Part shown: positions 51,229-59,633 of the stretch, piece after piece
How the letters are laid out: each line of letters begins with the position of its first letter
How positions within the stretch are numbered: the first letter of the stretch is position 1
Source of the DNA: a virus
Lineage: Duplodnaviria > Caudoviricetes
Length of the DNA stretch: 64,000 bases
IMG/VR virus record: IMGVR_UViG_3300035507_000199
Span: 12,201-76,200 of that record
Reading direction: 5' to 3' (one strand)
Program-made: the position numbers and the translations under genes
The notes under the pieces: generated by a model
Seen by the model: only the letters and a program-made list of their open reading frames with translations
Told to the model about the DNA's origin: nothing
The model's database searches: none

Positions 51229-52287
51229 TTAAGCTTTCTTGGCCTTTGTTTTTGAATTTCTACAGCATTTACAAATAGAATAAAAACCATCTTTACTTGT
51301 TTTATTCTTACTAAAATATTTATTATGCGCCAATTTAATCTCGCCGCATCTACTGCATCTTTTATATTTTCCTTTTTCTTGTGTTAAGAAATACCAATCA
51401 AGGGTTTCATCTTCAGCTTGAGATGCTATTAAATTTGGAATTTTCTTTCGCCAAAGAGATGAAATATATTCTAGACTATGCGTAACACCAAATTCATCTT
51501 TGAGTTCCTTTTGGATTTCAACATTTTGTAATCCATCAATCTTACACTCAACGATTTTTCTATACATCGGATATTCTTCAAGGGCTCGCCCAGAGATTGA
51601 ATCAAAATCATCCATGAGATACCATAAATCACTATCATGGTGGCCCCAAGAATCTTCTTTTAGTCTTGAATAATTACATAAAATAGCAGAGCAGACTTTT
51701 GAATCACATAGCGAAACACCTTCTGGAATAATATATCCATCAGCATCAAAAGAAAATGATTCTTCTAATTTTGTCGGCATTTTTGAGCGGACAAACTTTG
51801 TCATCGTTATTGGTTTACGATACGCATTTTTAATAATATATTGGTCTTTGCGCATCTCAATTAAAGCTTTCTTTATAATAAAAGCATCCTTGCCCTCTGC
51901 TCTTTTTAGTTTTGCTTCCCAAATATCTATGGCTTCTTTTAGTTGTCTTAAGGGTTGGATTTCTTCTAAATCTTTTTTAGTTATCTTTACTTTTGGTTGA
52001 AAAATTGTTGTTTTACTTTCGTTTATTAAATTATAAATACCATCTTCGCCATTTTCAAGCTGGGAAACAAGCCCCTCGAATGATGTTTCTCTTTTATTAA
52101 CTGTAGTCATTCGATTTTCCGTAATAATTTTACGTTCTTTCTTTTCTTGTTTCTCCATACAAAGAACTAAGTAGTCGGCAAGAATTTCTAAATATTTATC
52201 ATTTGGTTCTGGATTTTCTTCCAGAATTTGTTTTACCAACTCGTTTCGTTCTACAGGAGTTTCTAATGTATAATCTAACTTTATTAT
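51229..52287 (-). CDS. Putative transcription regulator: sigma-region-4/LuxR-like HTH plus C-terminal Zn finger
   Basis: KIVECKIDGLQNVEIQKEL..YISSLWRK helix-turn-helix pattern; CSRC..CKCC; likely ATA start at 52287 (ORF track uses TTG 52239). Confidence 0.55.
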   Translation of the reverse strand: MIKLDYTLETPVERNELVKQILEENPEPNDKYLEILADYLVLCMEKQEKKERKIITENRMTTVNKRETSFEGLVSQLENGEDGIYNLINESKTTIFQPKVKITKKDLEEIQPLRQLKEAIDIWEAKLKRAEGKDAFIIKKALIEMRKDQYIIKNAYRKPITMTKFVRSKMPTKLEESFSFDADGYIIPEGVSLCDSKVCSAILCNYSRLKEDSWGHHDSDLWYLMDDFDSISGRALEEYPMYRKIVECKIDGLQNVEIQKELKDEFGVTHSLEYISSLWRKKIPNLIASQAEDETLDWYFLTQEKGKYKRCSRCGEIKLAHNKYFSKNKTSKDGFYSICKCCRNSKTKAKKA

Positions 52288-52314
52288 GTTAGGTCACCTC
52301 CACTCTCTAATTTT

Positions 52315-52377
52315 AGTATACCAGAATTTTTGGGCAAAGTCAAATTTTTTGACAAAACCCAAAATTTTTGTTATAAT
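52315..52377. promoter_or_regulatory. Back-to-back divergent sigma-A promoters at the strand switch
   Basis: Minus: TTGACT(52343-38)-N17-TATACT(52320-15). Plus: TTGACA(52349-54)-N17-TATAAT(52372-77). Confidence 0.8.
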
Positions 52378-52408
52378 AAAAGTAAGAAATAGGAAGGGAG
52401 CTTACAGT

Positions 52409-52639
52409 TTGAAGGAATTTATTTTCATAGAAATTTTATGGCTCATTATTTCATGTATTGTATTATTGGAATATGCACCAATAATGGCAGAATTATCTTT
52501 AAAAGATAAGATTATAGTATTCTTTATTTTTATTATTGGAGGTCCTTTTTTTGCAATAGTAAATATATTAGAAGCAATTTTAAACGCTATTTTCCCAGAG
52601 GGGTGGGATGATGATAGTGGAGGAAACATAAAATGGTAG
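52409..52639 (+). CDS. Small membrane protein (76 aa)
   Basis: TTG start after GGAAGGGAG; two hydrophobic segments. Confidence 0.6.
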   Translation: MKEFIFIEILWLIISCIVLLEYAPIMAELSLKDKIIVFFIFIIGGPFFAIVNILEAILNAIFPEGWDDDSGGNIKW

Positions 52640-53013
52640 TATTAAGTGGAAGTGGAGCCGCAAGAGTAAAATATAGTAGTGATTTTAAAAAAGTCGCTAA
52701 AGAGAAAAATATTGCAAATCCATTTTTTAAAAATTTATTTGGAAAAGAAAAAGAAAACAAAGATGATGGTAAAATTAAAGTTTCAACAGAAGAATATATT
52801 AAAATGAGAGATGAATATATTGCGCGCAGAGTTTTCGAGGAATGGGGCTGGGACAGCATGATGTGGGATATCAAGACTGCGCATAATCACTGTCTTGACT
52901 TCCTCTTGGAAGAGCTTCACCCTTGTGAAGGCTATGGAGGTCAATGTAATTTAAATTGTAGTCTATTTAATAAAAAATGTTGGACATTGAATGAGAAAAA
53001 GGAGAATGGATAA
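52633..53013 (+). CDS. Hypothetical protein with C-terminal Cys cluster (126 aa)
   Basis: GGAGG RBS; C..CxxxCxxxxxxC at C-terminus. Confidence 0.6.
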   Translation: MVVLSGSGAARVKYSSDFKKVAKEKNIANPFFKNLFGKEKENKDDGKIKVSTEEYIKMRDEYIARRVFEEWGWDSMMWDIKTAHNHCLDFLLEELHPCEGYGGQCNLNCSLFNKKCWTLNEKKENG

Positions 53014-53276
53014 TGGTAGTAGTTAAACCGGAAAATGTAGTAAAGAAAATTGATGATTTAGGAAGGATTACAATTCCTAAAAGTTTGCGGGCGCGCATGT
53101 ATATAAATTCAGAAAATAATCAGATGGAATTTTTTACCGCAGAAATTGAAGGAAAGGATTATATTTTGCTGGCGCCTTATGGATCGGTAGATGGAAAATA
53201 TTTGGCAGCCGCAGAAGTTTTAAAAGAGCTTGGCGCAGAAATTCCAACTGAGCTACAGGAGGTTATTGAAGGATAA
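53013..53276 (+). CDS. AbrB/SpoVT-family DNA-binding protein
   Basis: VVKKIDDLGRITIPKSLR is the AbrB swapped-hairpin signature. Confidence 0.8.
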   Translation: MVVVKPENVVKKIDDLGRITIPKSLRARMYINSENNQMEFFTAEIEGKDYILLAPYGSVDGKYLAAAEVLKELGAEIPTELQEVIEG

Positions 53277-53819
53277 ATGAGAGCAATGATAACCGGGCAT
53301 AGACCTGGAAGATTAGCCGGTCATGAATGGTATGTTAGAAATTGGATTGAAGATACTTTGAAGGAGATTAGACCGGAAGAGTTTTTTACTGGAATGGCGC
53401 AAGGAGTAGATCAAATTGCGGCAGAATGTGCAAAGTATAATAAGATTCCTTACACATGCATTTATCCAAGTTGGAGAAAAACTTTCCATGATAAAGAAAT
53501 TAATTTAATGGAGAGTGCTAGGAATGTAATTTTTTTATATCCGCAATATAATGATGGAAAAGACCCTTATGGCTTTAGAGATAAGTGGATGGTTGACCAT
53601 TCAGATGTTTTGATTGCGGTTTGGGATGGCGTTGAAGAAGGCGGAACATATGAAACGATTGAATATGCAAAAGAAAAAGGAATTAAGATTTTTTTGTATC
53701 CGCATTGGGGCCGAGAGATAGAGGATTTAGTATATCAGGATAGGGAACCTAATTTCAAAAATCCTGAAATTGATAAAATTTATTATGTAGATAAAGAAAA
53801 TCCAGAAGAGGGGAAATAG
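53277..53819 (+). CDS. SLOG-superfamily protein (YspA/DUF1273-like)
   Basis: ITGHRP, TGMAQGVD, RDKWMVDHSD.LIAVWDG..GGT. Confidence 0.8.
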   Translation: MRAMITGHRPGRLAGHEWYVRNWIEDTLKEIRPEEFFTGMAQGVDQIAAECAKYNKIPYTCIYPSWRKTFHDKEINLMESARNVIFLYPQYNDGKDPYGFRDKWMVDHSDVLIAVWDGVEEGGTYETIEYAKEKGIKIFLYPHWGREIEDLVYQDREPNFKNPEIDKIYYVDKENPEEGK

Positions 53820-54168
53820 GGTTTTGAAAAAGATAATATCGTAATCTCGTTTCTGAAATCGATTTGGTGGGAATTATGTCCAGAGGAATATCAAATTCAA
53901 AATGAAAAAATTTTTTCTCCCGAAATACACCCCCCATCAAGCATCATTCAGTCTGGTGACTTTTTTTATTTTAAAACTATCTCGGAAAAAATGTCTAAAA
54001 CGTATTGTCGCGTTTTCTGAGAAGCGTGTCGCGCGAGCGCTGCGCACCGGGCCATTGACGCAGGAGATGGACCGAGTTTTCGATTGAAATGATGGCTCAA
54101 TATTTCTCGATCCAAGAGGCTTGCAGGCTTGCTAATCATCAACTTCCTATAATTTGGCAATTAGCGAG

Positions 54169-54228
54169 TGTCAATCGGCAGAATGCACAAACTTCATCAC
54201 GCATCTTTGTGCAATCTGCCAGTAGACA
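54169..54228. promoter_or_regulatory. TGCACAAA-N14-TTTGTGCA inverted site flanked by -35-like hexamers
   Basis: tgtcaa-N9-TGCACAAA-N14-TTTGTGCA-N9-tagaca. Confidence 0.6.
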
Positions 54229-54287
54229 AAGAGCAGTGTGTGCTATAATGTCTATACAAGGTAAAGAAAGAAAGGAGCCGATAGATA

Positions 54288-54548
54288 ATGATGAAGGCGG
54301 TATTGATAGCAGTAGCAATGATGATGGCAGGTAACACAGGACACACTTACACAGTAGATGCTACAGTGTATGAGGTCAATGAGTATGATGGTGTACAGTA
54401 TGTAGGGCTGGAAGATACAGATGGCTATCTCTGGGCAATGGAAGATGTAGACATGAGCATGGGCGATAAGGTAACACTGGTCATGGACAGCATGGGCACA
54501 GAGGACATCACAGATGATGAGATAGTGACATACACAGTGACACACTAA
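54288..54548 (+). CDS. Small acidic protein with N-terminal signal-like segment (86 aa)
   Basis: AAAGGAG RBS; MMKAVLIAVAMMMAG then a beta-rich acidic domain. Confidence 0.65.
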   Translation: MMKAVLIAVAMMMAGNTGHTYTVDATVYEVNEYDGVQYVGLEDTDGYLWAMEDVDMSMGDKVTLVMDSMGTEDITDDEIVTYTVTH

Positions 54549-54559
54549 GCAAGAGCAAA

Positions 54560-54586
54560 AGCTTGCTATCACAATGATAGCAAGCT
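54560..54586 (+). terminator. Intergenic hairpin
   Basis: AGCTTGCTATCA-CAA-TGATAGCAAGCT 12-bp stem. Confidence 0.5.
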
Positions 54587-54603
54587 AAAGAGAGGATAAT
54601 ACA

Positions 54604-54780
54604 ATGAGAATAACACTATTAAAGAGTGATGAATGGGAAAGAGTAATGGATGTAGATTCAGGAGAAGTACTGGTAGAAAACCATGTTGTCTCAGTAGAGG
54701 ACCTTTTGCGAGTGTTAAATAAGAGGGGGATACTATCTGGGGTACAGATTAAAGAGGTTTCAGAAGAAGAATTATTGTAA
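54604..54780 (+). CDS. Hypothetical protein (58 aa, not in ORF track)
   Basis: GAGAGGA RBS; MRITLLKSDEWERV...EVSEEELL*. Confidence 0.65.
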   Translation: MRITLLKSDEWERVMDVDSGEVLVENHVVSVEDLLRVLNKRGILSGVQIKEVSEEELL

Positions 54781-54871
54781 GAATTAAAAGAAAAGTATTG
54801 ACTTTTACCAAAAATTATGATATTATAATAATGTAAGGAAGAAAAGAATAACCAGAAAAGAGGAAAAAGAA

Positions 54872-55084
54872 ATGAGTGAAAAAACAAGGGTTAAAATCAT
54901 CGTTATTATTTGCGTAGTATTAGGAGCTGGTATTGTATGGGGCTATGCAGGGCTGTCTATTAAGTCACTTTTGGTTGGGGGTATTTGCGGATTCGTATTT
55001 AGCGCGGTTTCAATTCATCTTGAATACCTGTTTGATGAATGGATGGAAGCGGCGAAGCTGATTGACCATGAGTGGGAAGAGTAA
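54872..55084 (+). CDS. Small membrane protein (70 aa)
   Basis: Two hydrophobic helices; own promoter and terminator. Confidence 0.65.
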   Translation: MSEKTRVKIIVIICVVLGAGIVWGYAGLSIKSLLVGGICGFVFSAVSIHLEYLFDEWMEAAKLIDHEWEE

Positions 55085-55119
55085 AAAGGGGGCGGAGAAA
55101 AACCGCCCTTTTGTTTTTT
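55084..55119 (+). terminator. Intrinsic terminator
   Basis: GGGCGG-AGAAAAA-CCGCCC followed by T-tract. Confidence 0.7.
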
Positions 55120-55286
55120 CTTGTACGTGCGGTTTTAGGGTCAGCGAAGCGAGATTGTTAAAAATTTAACACAGTGCAACTTGCACAAAAACGTATTGTT
55201 TATTTTGTACAAAATTATTGTTGACAAAGCGCGCAAGCTGTGCTATACTAATACCATCAAGAGAGATAAGAAAGGACATGAAGATA

Positions 55287-55703
55287 ATGAAAAAGATTTA
55301 TAATTATAGAGTTTATGTAAGATTTGAAGGTGAAACAGAATGGAGAAAAACTAGCATGTTTAGGCATCTTCATTACATGGAAGAGGAAGAGGCTATTCAA
55401 AGCAGTTATGAAAGCATTAAAATTACAAGCTTTGAAGATGCTAAGGAAATAGTAGAAAGCAACCTCATTATGAATGCGGAGATGGGCAAGACTTTCTTTA
55501 CAAAGAAACCTGTTCTTAGATTCTCAGTGCTTGACTATTTCGATGGAGTTGTAACCTTTACTGAAAAACAGTTTAAATCATTTGAATACAAGATCGCGTA
55601 TGAAGAAGAAAGTAACCTTAGCATCAAAACAGTTATGGAATTACTCACAGCAGATGAATTTTGTGAGTATCTCAAAGATAAAGGAATCGAAAAAGTTTTT
55701 TAA
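55287..55703 (+). CDS. Hypothetical protein (~138 aa)
   Basis: Start moved to ATG downstream of promoter 55221 and AAAGGA RBS (55278 alternative). Confidence 0.65.
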   Translation: MKKIYNYRVYVRFEGETEWRKTSMFRHLHYMEEEEAIQSSYESIKITSFEDAKEIVESNLIMNAEMGKTFFTKKPVLRFSVLDYFDGVVTFTEKQFKSFEYKIAYEEESNLSIKTVMELLTADEFCEYLKDKGIEKVF

Positions 55704-55786
55704 AAAATTCTCCAAAAGGGGTTGACAAAAGGTCAGCCCCATGGTATAATAATTACATCAGATGAGGAAAGGAAAGGTAAATAAAA

Positions 55787-56023
55787 ATGAAACTTATTAA
55801 ATCAGAAAATAAAATCGTATCACTGGAAAACGTTATTGAGGTAGAAAAGAGAGTATCTGAACACACTCACACTTCTTACGGAAAGAAATACAGCTTGTAT
55901 GACGTTACAATTTTTATCAAATACAATAGCGGTCAGACTGCTAGAATTGATTTCGCTGACCAGAAGGACGCAAAGCAGGGCGAAGAATTATTCGACAGAA
56001 TCTTTTCAATTTTATCAGAATAG
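55787..56023 (+). CDS. Hypothetical protein (78 aa)
   Basis: Own promoter and RBS. Confidence 0.65.
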   Translation: MKLIKSENKIVSLENVIEVEKRVSEHTHTSYGKKYSLYDVTIFIKYNSGQTARIDFADQKDAKQGEELFDRIFSILSE

Positions 56024-56086
56024 GGGTTGACAAACAACCCCTTTCGGGGTATAATAGTTATAATTCCAAGAGAGGAGAATAAAAGA

Positions 56087-56560
56087 ATGGAAGCAATTAT
56101 AATATTTTTTACATGTAGTTTAGTCAATGTAATGTTATCTACAATGAAATCAATCTTAACTGTGCGTGCAGGCAAAAAGACCGCGGCGGCAATCAATGCT
56201 TTATCCTACGGGTTCTATGCAGTTGTAGTAAAGCAATTAGCAAGCCTTGACTTAGGCATCACAGTCACAGTAACAATTTTAACAAACTTAATTGGAGTGT
56301 ATGCATCAATCTGGCTCATGGAAAAATGCAAGAAAGACTGTTTGTGGAAAATTTCAGTTACTTCAAAGGATAAAGGACTAATTCACAAATTAGAACCATT
56401 CTCAGTCAGCTACACTTGCGGTGAAGTAATTTACAAGAATGAAACCTATTACAATATTGACATTTTTAGCAAAACCAGAGAAGAAAGCGCTATTGTAAAA
56501 GATATTTTGCAGAAATACCATGTGAAATACAATGTAACGGAAATCAACAAGAAATTATAA
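56087..56560 (+). CDS. UPF0316/DUF5698-like membrane protein (157 aa)
   Basis: LVNVMLSTMKSILTVR..AAAINALSYGFY..NLIGVY transmembrane domain plus soluble C-terminal domain; start corrected to ATG after GAGGAG. Confidence 0.65.
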   Translation: MEAIIIFFTCSLVNVMLSTMKSILTVRAGKKTAAAINALSYGFYAVVVKQLASLDLGITVTVTILTNLIGVYASIWLMEKCKKDCLWKISVTSKDKGLIHKLEPFSVSYTCGEVIYKNETYYNIDIFSKTREESAIVKDILQKYHVKYNVTEINKKL

Positions 56561-56623
56561 TTTCTTGTTGACAACCTAACATTTTGGTGTTATAATAAAA
56601 GAAAAAAGAAAGAGGTTGGTAAA

Positions 56624-56923
56624 ATGTTAAAAGGTATTGTTATTGGAGCGCTTGCGGTGTATGTGATTGGTTATTTAATGGATGAAGAAGTTTTCTACTT
56701 TCCAGTGCTTGCACTGGTGGATGCAGGAAGGTATTTAGTTCAGACTTTCCTCTTTGTTAGAACTTTTCCCTTCTTAATAAAAAGAAAAATCAATCCTTTT
56801 TCAATGAGAGTAAAGCAACTGCAAGAATTGTCTCTAGATGACCAGAAAAAATTTGTTTCTTTGATTCCTGTGAAATATCAAAAAATTTGTAAATGGAAAT
56901 TTAAAATAGGGGTTGACAACTAA
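56624..56923 (+). CDS. Hypothetical membrane-anchored protein (99 aa)
   Basis: Hydrophobic N-terminus; own promoter. Confidence 0.6.
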   Translation: MLKGIVIGALAVYVIGYLMDEEVFYFPVLALVDAGRYLVQTFLFVRTFPFLIKRKINPFSMRVKQLQELSLDDQKKFVSLIPVKYQKICKWKFKIGVDN

Positions 56924-56969
56924 GTCAATCCCTGCTATAATAAAAGAAAAAAGAAAGGAAATACAAATA

Positions 56970-57227
56970 ATGAACTTAATAAATTTTTTTAAAGCAAAAG
57001 GTTTCTATGATGAGGTTGGAGAGTTAAAACTTTATAATGAAAAATGTCAGACTTTTGGAGAAGCTTTGGAGGAATGGGCAGAGCTTGAACAGTTAAACTA
57101 TGACATTTCGCATGAATGCGTTCTTGAAACTCCAAGGTTTGATGTTGATTGTTATGCATTTAGCTGGATTGATGATGAGGGTTCAGTCAATGTAGAACTT
57201 TTCAAAGTTTATTTAAAAAGATATTGA
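56970..57227 (+). CDS. Hypothetical acidic protein (85 aa)
   Basis: Start corrected to ATG after AAAGGA. Confidence 0.6.
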   Translation: MNLINFFKAKGFYDEVGELKLYNEKCQTFGEALEEWAELEQLNYDISHECVLETPRFDVDCYAFSWIDDEGSVNVELFKVYLKRY

Positions 57228-57284
57228 CAAGCAAATCAGATTCTGTTATAATAATAGTATCAAAAGAAGAAAGGAACTGATAAG

Positions 57285-57437
57285 ATGAAGAAAGTGTATT
57301 GCCCTGTGAATGGTTGGGATTGTCCCTATTGGAAGAAAGATGGAACTTGCGTGATTGATAATCCAATAGAAGAGTGTGATGATTTTGCGGCATTCTGGGA
57401 TGAAGATGAAGAGTACTGGGAGACAGAAGATGATTAA
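57285..57437 (+). CDS. Small Cys4, acidic/Trp-rich protein (50 aa, not in ORF track)
   Basis: Own promoter and RBS; MKKVYCPVNGWDCPYWKKDGTCVIDNPIEECDDFAAFWDEDEEYWETEDD*. Confidence 0.7.
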   Translation: MKKVYCPVNGWDCPYWKKDGTCVIDNPIEECDDFAAFWDEDEEYWETEDD

Positions 57438-57503
57438 AACTAGGGGTTGACAAACTCAACCCCTTCTGTTATAATAGTATCAAAAGAAAGAGAGGTTGAT
57501 ACA

Positions 57504-57749
57504 ATGGTTTCAAGTACAAAGAGACAAGAAAGCGCACTGAAAAGAATTAATTATGAGAAACTGCAATCAGATATTCTTACTTTCCTGTCTTTGAATCCAA
57601 TGAACAGCTACACTGCGAGAGACATTGCTAATGTTTTCTATGGAAGATGTAATGCACAGAAATGCAGTGTAATGTTACACAGGTTAGTACAGACTGGCAA
57701 AGTGCGCAAACTGATGCATAATCAAAGAAGTTACTTTACTGTTCGTTAG
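57504..57749 (+). CDS. Winged-helix DNA-binding protein (81 aa)
   Basis: ILTFL..YTARDIA..AQKCSVMLHRLVQTGKVRK..RSYF. Confidence 0.65.
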   Translation: MVSSTKRQESALKRINYEKLQSDILTFLSLNPMNSYTARDIANVFYGRCNAQKCSVMLHRLVQTGKVRKLMHNQRSYFTVR

Positions 57750-57853
57750 GCTGGGGTATCAAGCCCCAAACCTAACACGTGCAAAACACCTATTGACAAT
57801 TACCAAAAAATATGATATTATAATATTATCAAAAAAGAAAGAGAGTTGATACA

Positions 57854-58042
57854 ATGAAAATAACAATGGAAGAACTCGAAAAGCTGTGTAATTATTTGCG
57901 GGTTGTCAAAGGTGCTACCGAAGTGCAGATGTTTGATATTTTCAGAGATGTGGTTAGATACAAGACAGCTGATGGAAAACTAGTTGGAAGATTCATCACA
58001 TCAGTTTTTCAAGAAATGAAAGAAATAGGGGTTGACATTTAG
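57854..58042 (+). CDS. Hypothetical protein (62 aa)
   Basis: Own promoter and leader. Confidence 0.6.
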   Translation: MKITMEELEKLCNYLRVVKGATEVQMFDIFRDVVRYKTADGKLVGRFITSVFQEMKEIGVDI

Positions 58043-58094
58043 TCGACCCCATGTTATAATAATACTATCAAAAGAAAGAAAGGAATTGATGAAC

Positions 58095-58397
58095 ATGACA
58101 TTCGAGCCAAAGATTAGCGGAACTAAGGTAACAGGATTTGACATTGAACCATTGTTTAATGGACAGGTAGTAACATTGAGAGAGGTTATCGCAATGGATT
58201 TATCACAAGAATCAATGAACTGGATTCTTGACACGCTGAGGTTTTACAAAGGAACTAATCGTGAATGGGTAACTACAATGGACTATGATAGTATTTACAA
58301 ACTGTCAGTCAATGAGAACTATCCAGAGTATGTGGAAGAGTTCAAAAAGCAGTTTGGCGAAAACTGGATGAATCACTACATTAGGTTTGGGCATTAA
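58095..58397 (+). CDS. Hypothetical protein (~100 aa)
   Basis: Start corrected to ATG after AAAGGA (58089 alternative). Confidence 0.6.
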   Translation: MTFEPKISGTKVTGFDIEPLFNGQVVTLREVIAMDLSQESMNWILDTLRFYKGTNREWVTTMDYDSIYKLSVNENYPEYVEEFKKQFGENWMNHYIRFGH

Positions 58398-58485
58398 GCC
58401 CAAACCTAAAACGTAAAAAAGTTATTGACAATTTCTAAAAAATAGGTTATAATAACATTATCAAAAAAGAAAAGAGGTCGATACA

Positions 58486-58899
58486 ATGATTTATTTAGCA
58501 AGTCCATGGTTTAAAAATAATGAAAGAGTAATGTATGTTCAGATTCTCCAGAAGATGCGCGCGCAAGGTTTGGAAGTTTACGCTCCAATAGAACATGAAA
58601 TTGAAAATGCATGGGATTTAGATAATGCAACATGGGGTAGGAAGGTTTTCCAACAGGATGTTGACGCAATCGACAAAGCTGATGAAGTATGGGTTCTCAA
58701 CTTCGGGATGTATTCAGACAGCGGGACAGCATGGGAATGCGGTTATGCTTACGCAAAAGGTAAAACTGTAAGACAGCTTTTGTATGGATTTGGAGATAAA
58801 GAGTATTCTTTGATGATGATAAATGGCTGTGAAGAGACAGACTTCATGTCAAACTACTTGTATGATAGAAATGATGATTTTAACATCAGTCAGAAATAA
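58486..58899 (+). CDS. Nucleoside 2-deoxyribosyltransferase / N-glycosidase family protein
   Basis: IYLASPWF, DVDAIDKAD, DSGTAWECGYAYAKGK. Confidence 0.85.
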   Translation: MIYLASPWFKNNERVMYVQILQKMRAQGLEVYAPIEHEIENAWDLDNATWGRKVFQQDVDAIDKADEVWVLNFGMYSDSGTAWECGYAYAKGKTVRQLLYGFGDKEYSLMMINGCEETDFMSNYLYDRNDDFNISQK

Positions 58900-58974
58900 T
58901 TTTAAAAAAGGGGTTGACAAATGTCAGCCCCTATGATACAATAACATTATCAAAAAGAAAAGGAGTTGCATACA

Positions 58975-59118
58975 ATGACAATCGAAAGAAGCGACGATAA
59001 AAATTATCCATACACAATTAAAGGCGGTTGGGGCGATAAGGTTTACTGTGATTTAGAAGATTTAAAAGAAATCAAAAACCTCATTAACAAGATTCTTAGA
59101 GAGGAGAAGGAAAAATGA
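58975..59118 (+). CDS. Hypothetical protein (47 aa, not in ORF track)
   Basis: Promoter 58914, AAGGAG RBS; MTIERSDDKNYPY...REEKEK*. Confidence 0.6.
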   Translation: MTIERSDDKNYPYTIKGGWGDKVYCDLEDLKEIKNLINKILREEKEK

Positions 59119-59264
59119 GCATTGAACAAATTGAACAAGATAACGGAATTTTCTATGTTTGTGATTGCGAACACGCCATTGAGATTGGAACAATAGATGA
59201 TGTAAAAGACTTAATAGAACTGTTACAGTTCACTGTTAAGAAAGAGGAGGAGCGCAATGTATAG
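59115..59264 (+). CDS. Hypothetical protein (49 aa, not in ORF track)
   Basis: ATGA overlap with the previous gene; MSIEQIEQDNG...EERNV*. Confidence 0.55.
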   Translation: MSIEQIEQDNGIFYVCDCEHAIEIGTIDDVKDLIELLQFTVKKEEERNV

Positions 59265-59505
59265 CAAGGAAGAAATAATAGAAATAAGAGTTCATTTACT
59301 CCAACAGATGGAGAAATACGTAATGAATACAGAGTGCCAAGAAAGTATTGACACTTGGAGAAAATCAGGTATCCCAGAGAATCCAACAGAAGAAGATTTA
59401 TTAGTCTATGCAAAAGAATCTTTAAAATGGTCTCATGTGATTTATTTTTTCGCTGATGCGTGTTTATTTGAACCTGTAAATAGAACAAGAAAAAAGCTTG
59501 ACTAA
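59257..59505 (+). CDS. Hypothetical protein (82 aa)
   Basis: GAGGAGG RBS; translationally coupled. Confidence 0.6.
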   Translation: MYSKEEIIEIRVHLLQQMEKYVMNTECQESIDTWRKSGIPENPTEEDLLVYAKESLKWSHVIYFFADACLFEPVNRTRKKLD

Positions 59506-59633
59506 TAACCAAAAGTGTGGTATTATTAAATTATCAAAAGAGAGGTGTCGGGAGCCAAAAGTACCAGTGTTGTCTTGAACACAAGGCGATGCCGAGGAAA
59601 GGCTCCCAGCTTCCAAAAGAAAGGAGAAAAAAC

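Noticed and set aside
53902-54334. ORFs 53902..54087, 53966..54160, 54089..54334 (also 59831..60028 and 62821..63036)
   Set aside because: No RBS; they run through promoter, operator and hairpin elements and are probably non-coding
59550-59607. Hammerhead ribozyme or known riboswitch
   Set aside because: Lacks the CUGANGA core and any riboswitch consensus I can recognise; kept only as an unknown structured leader
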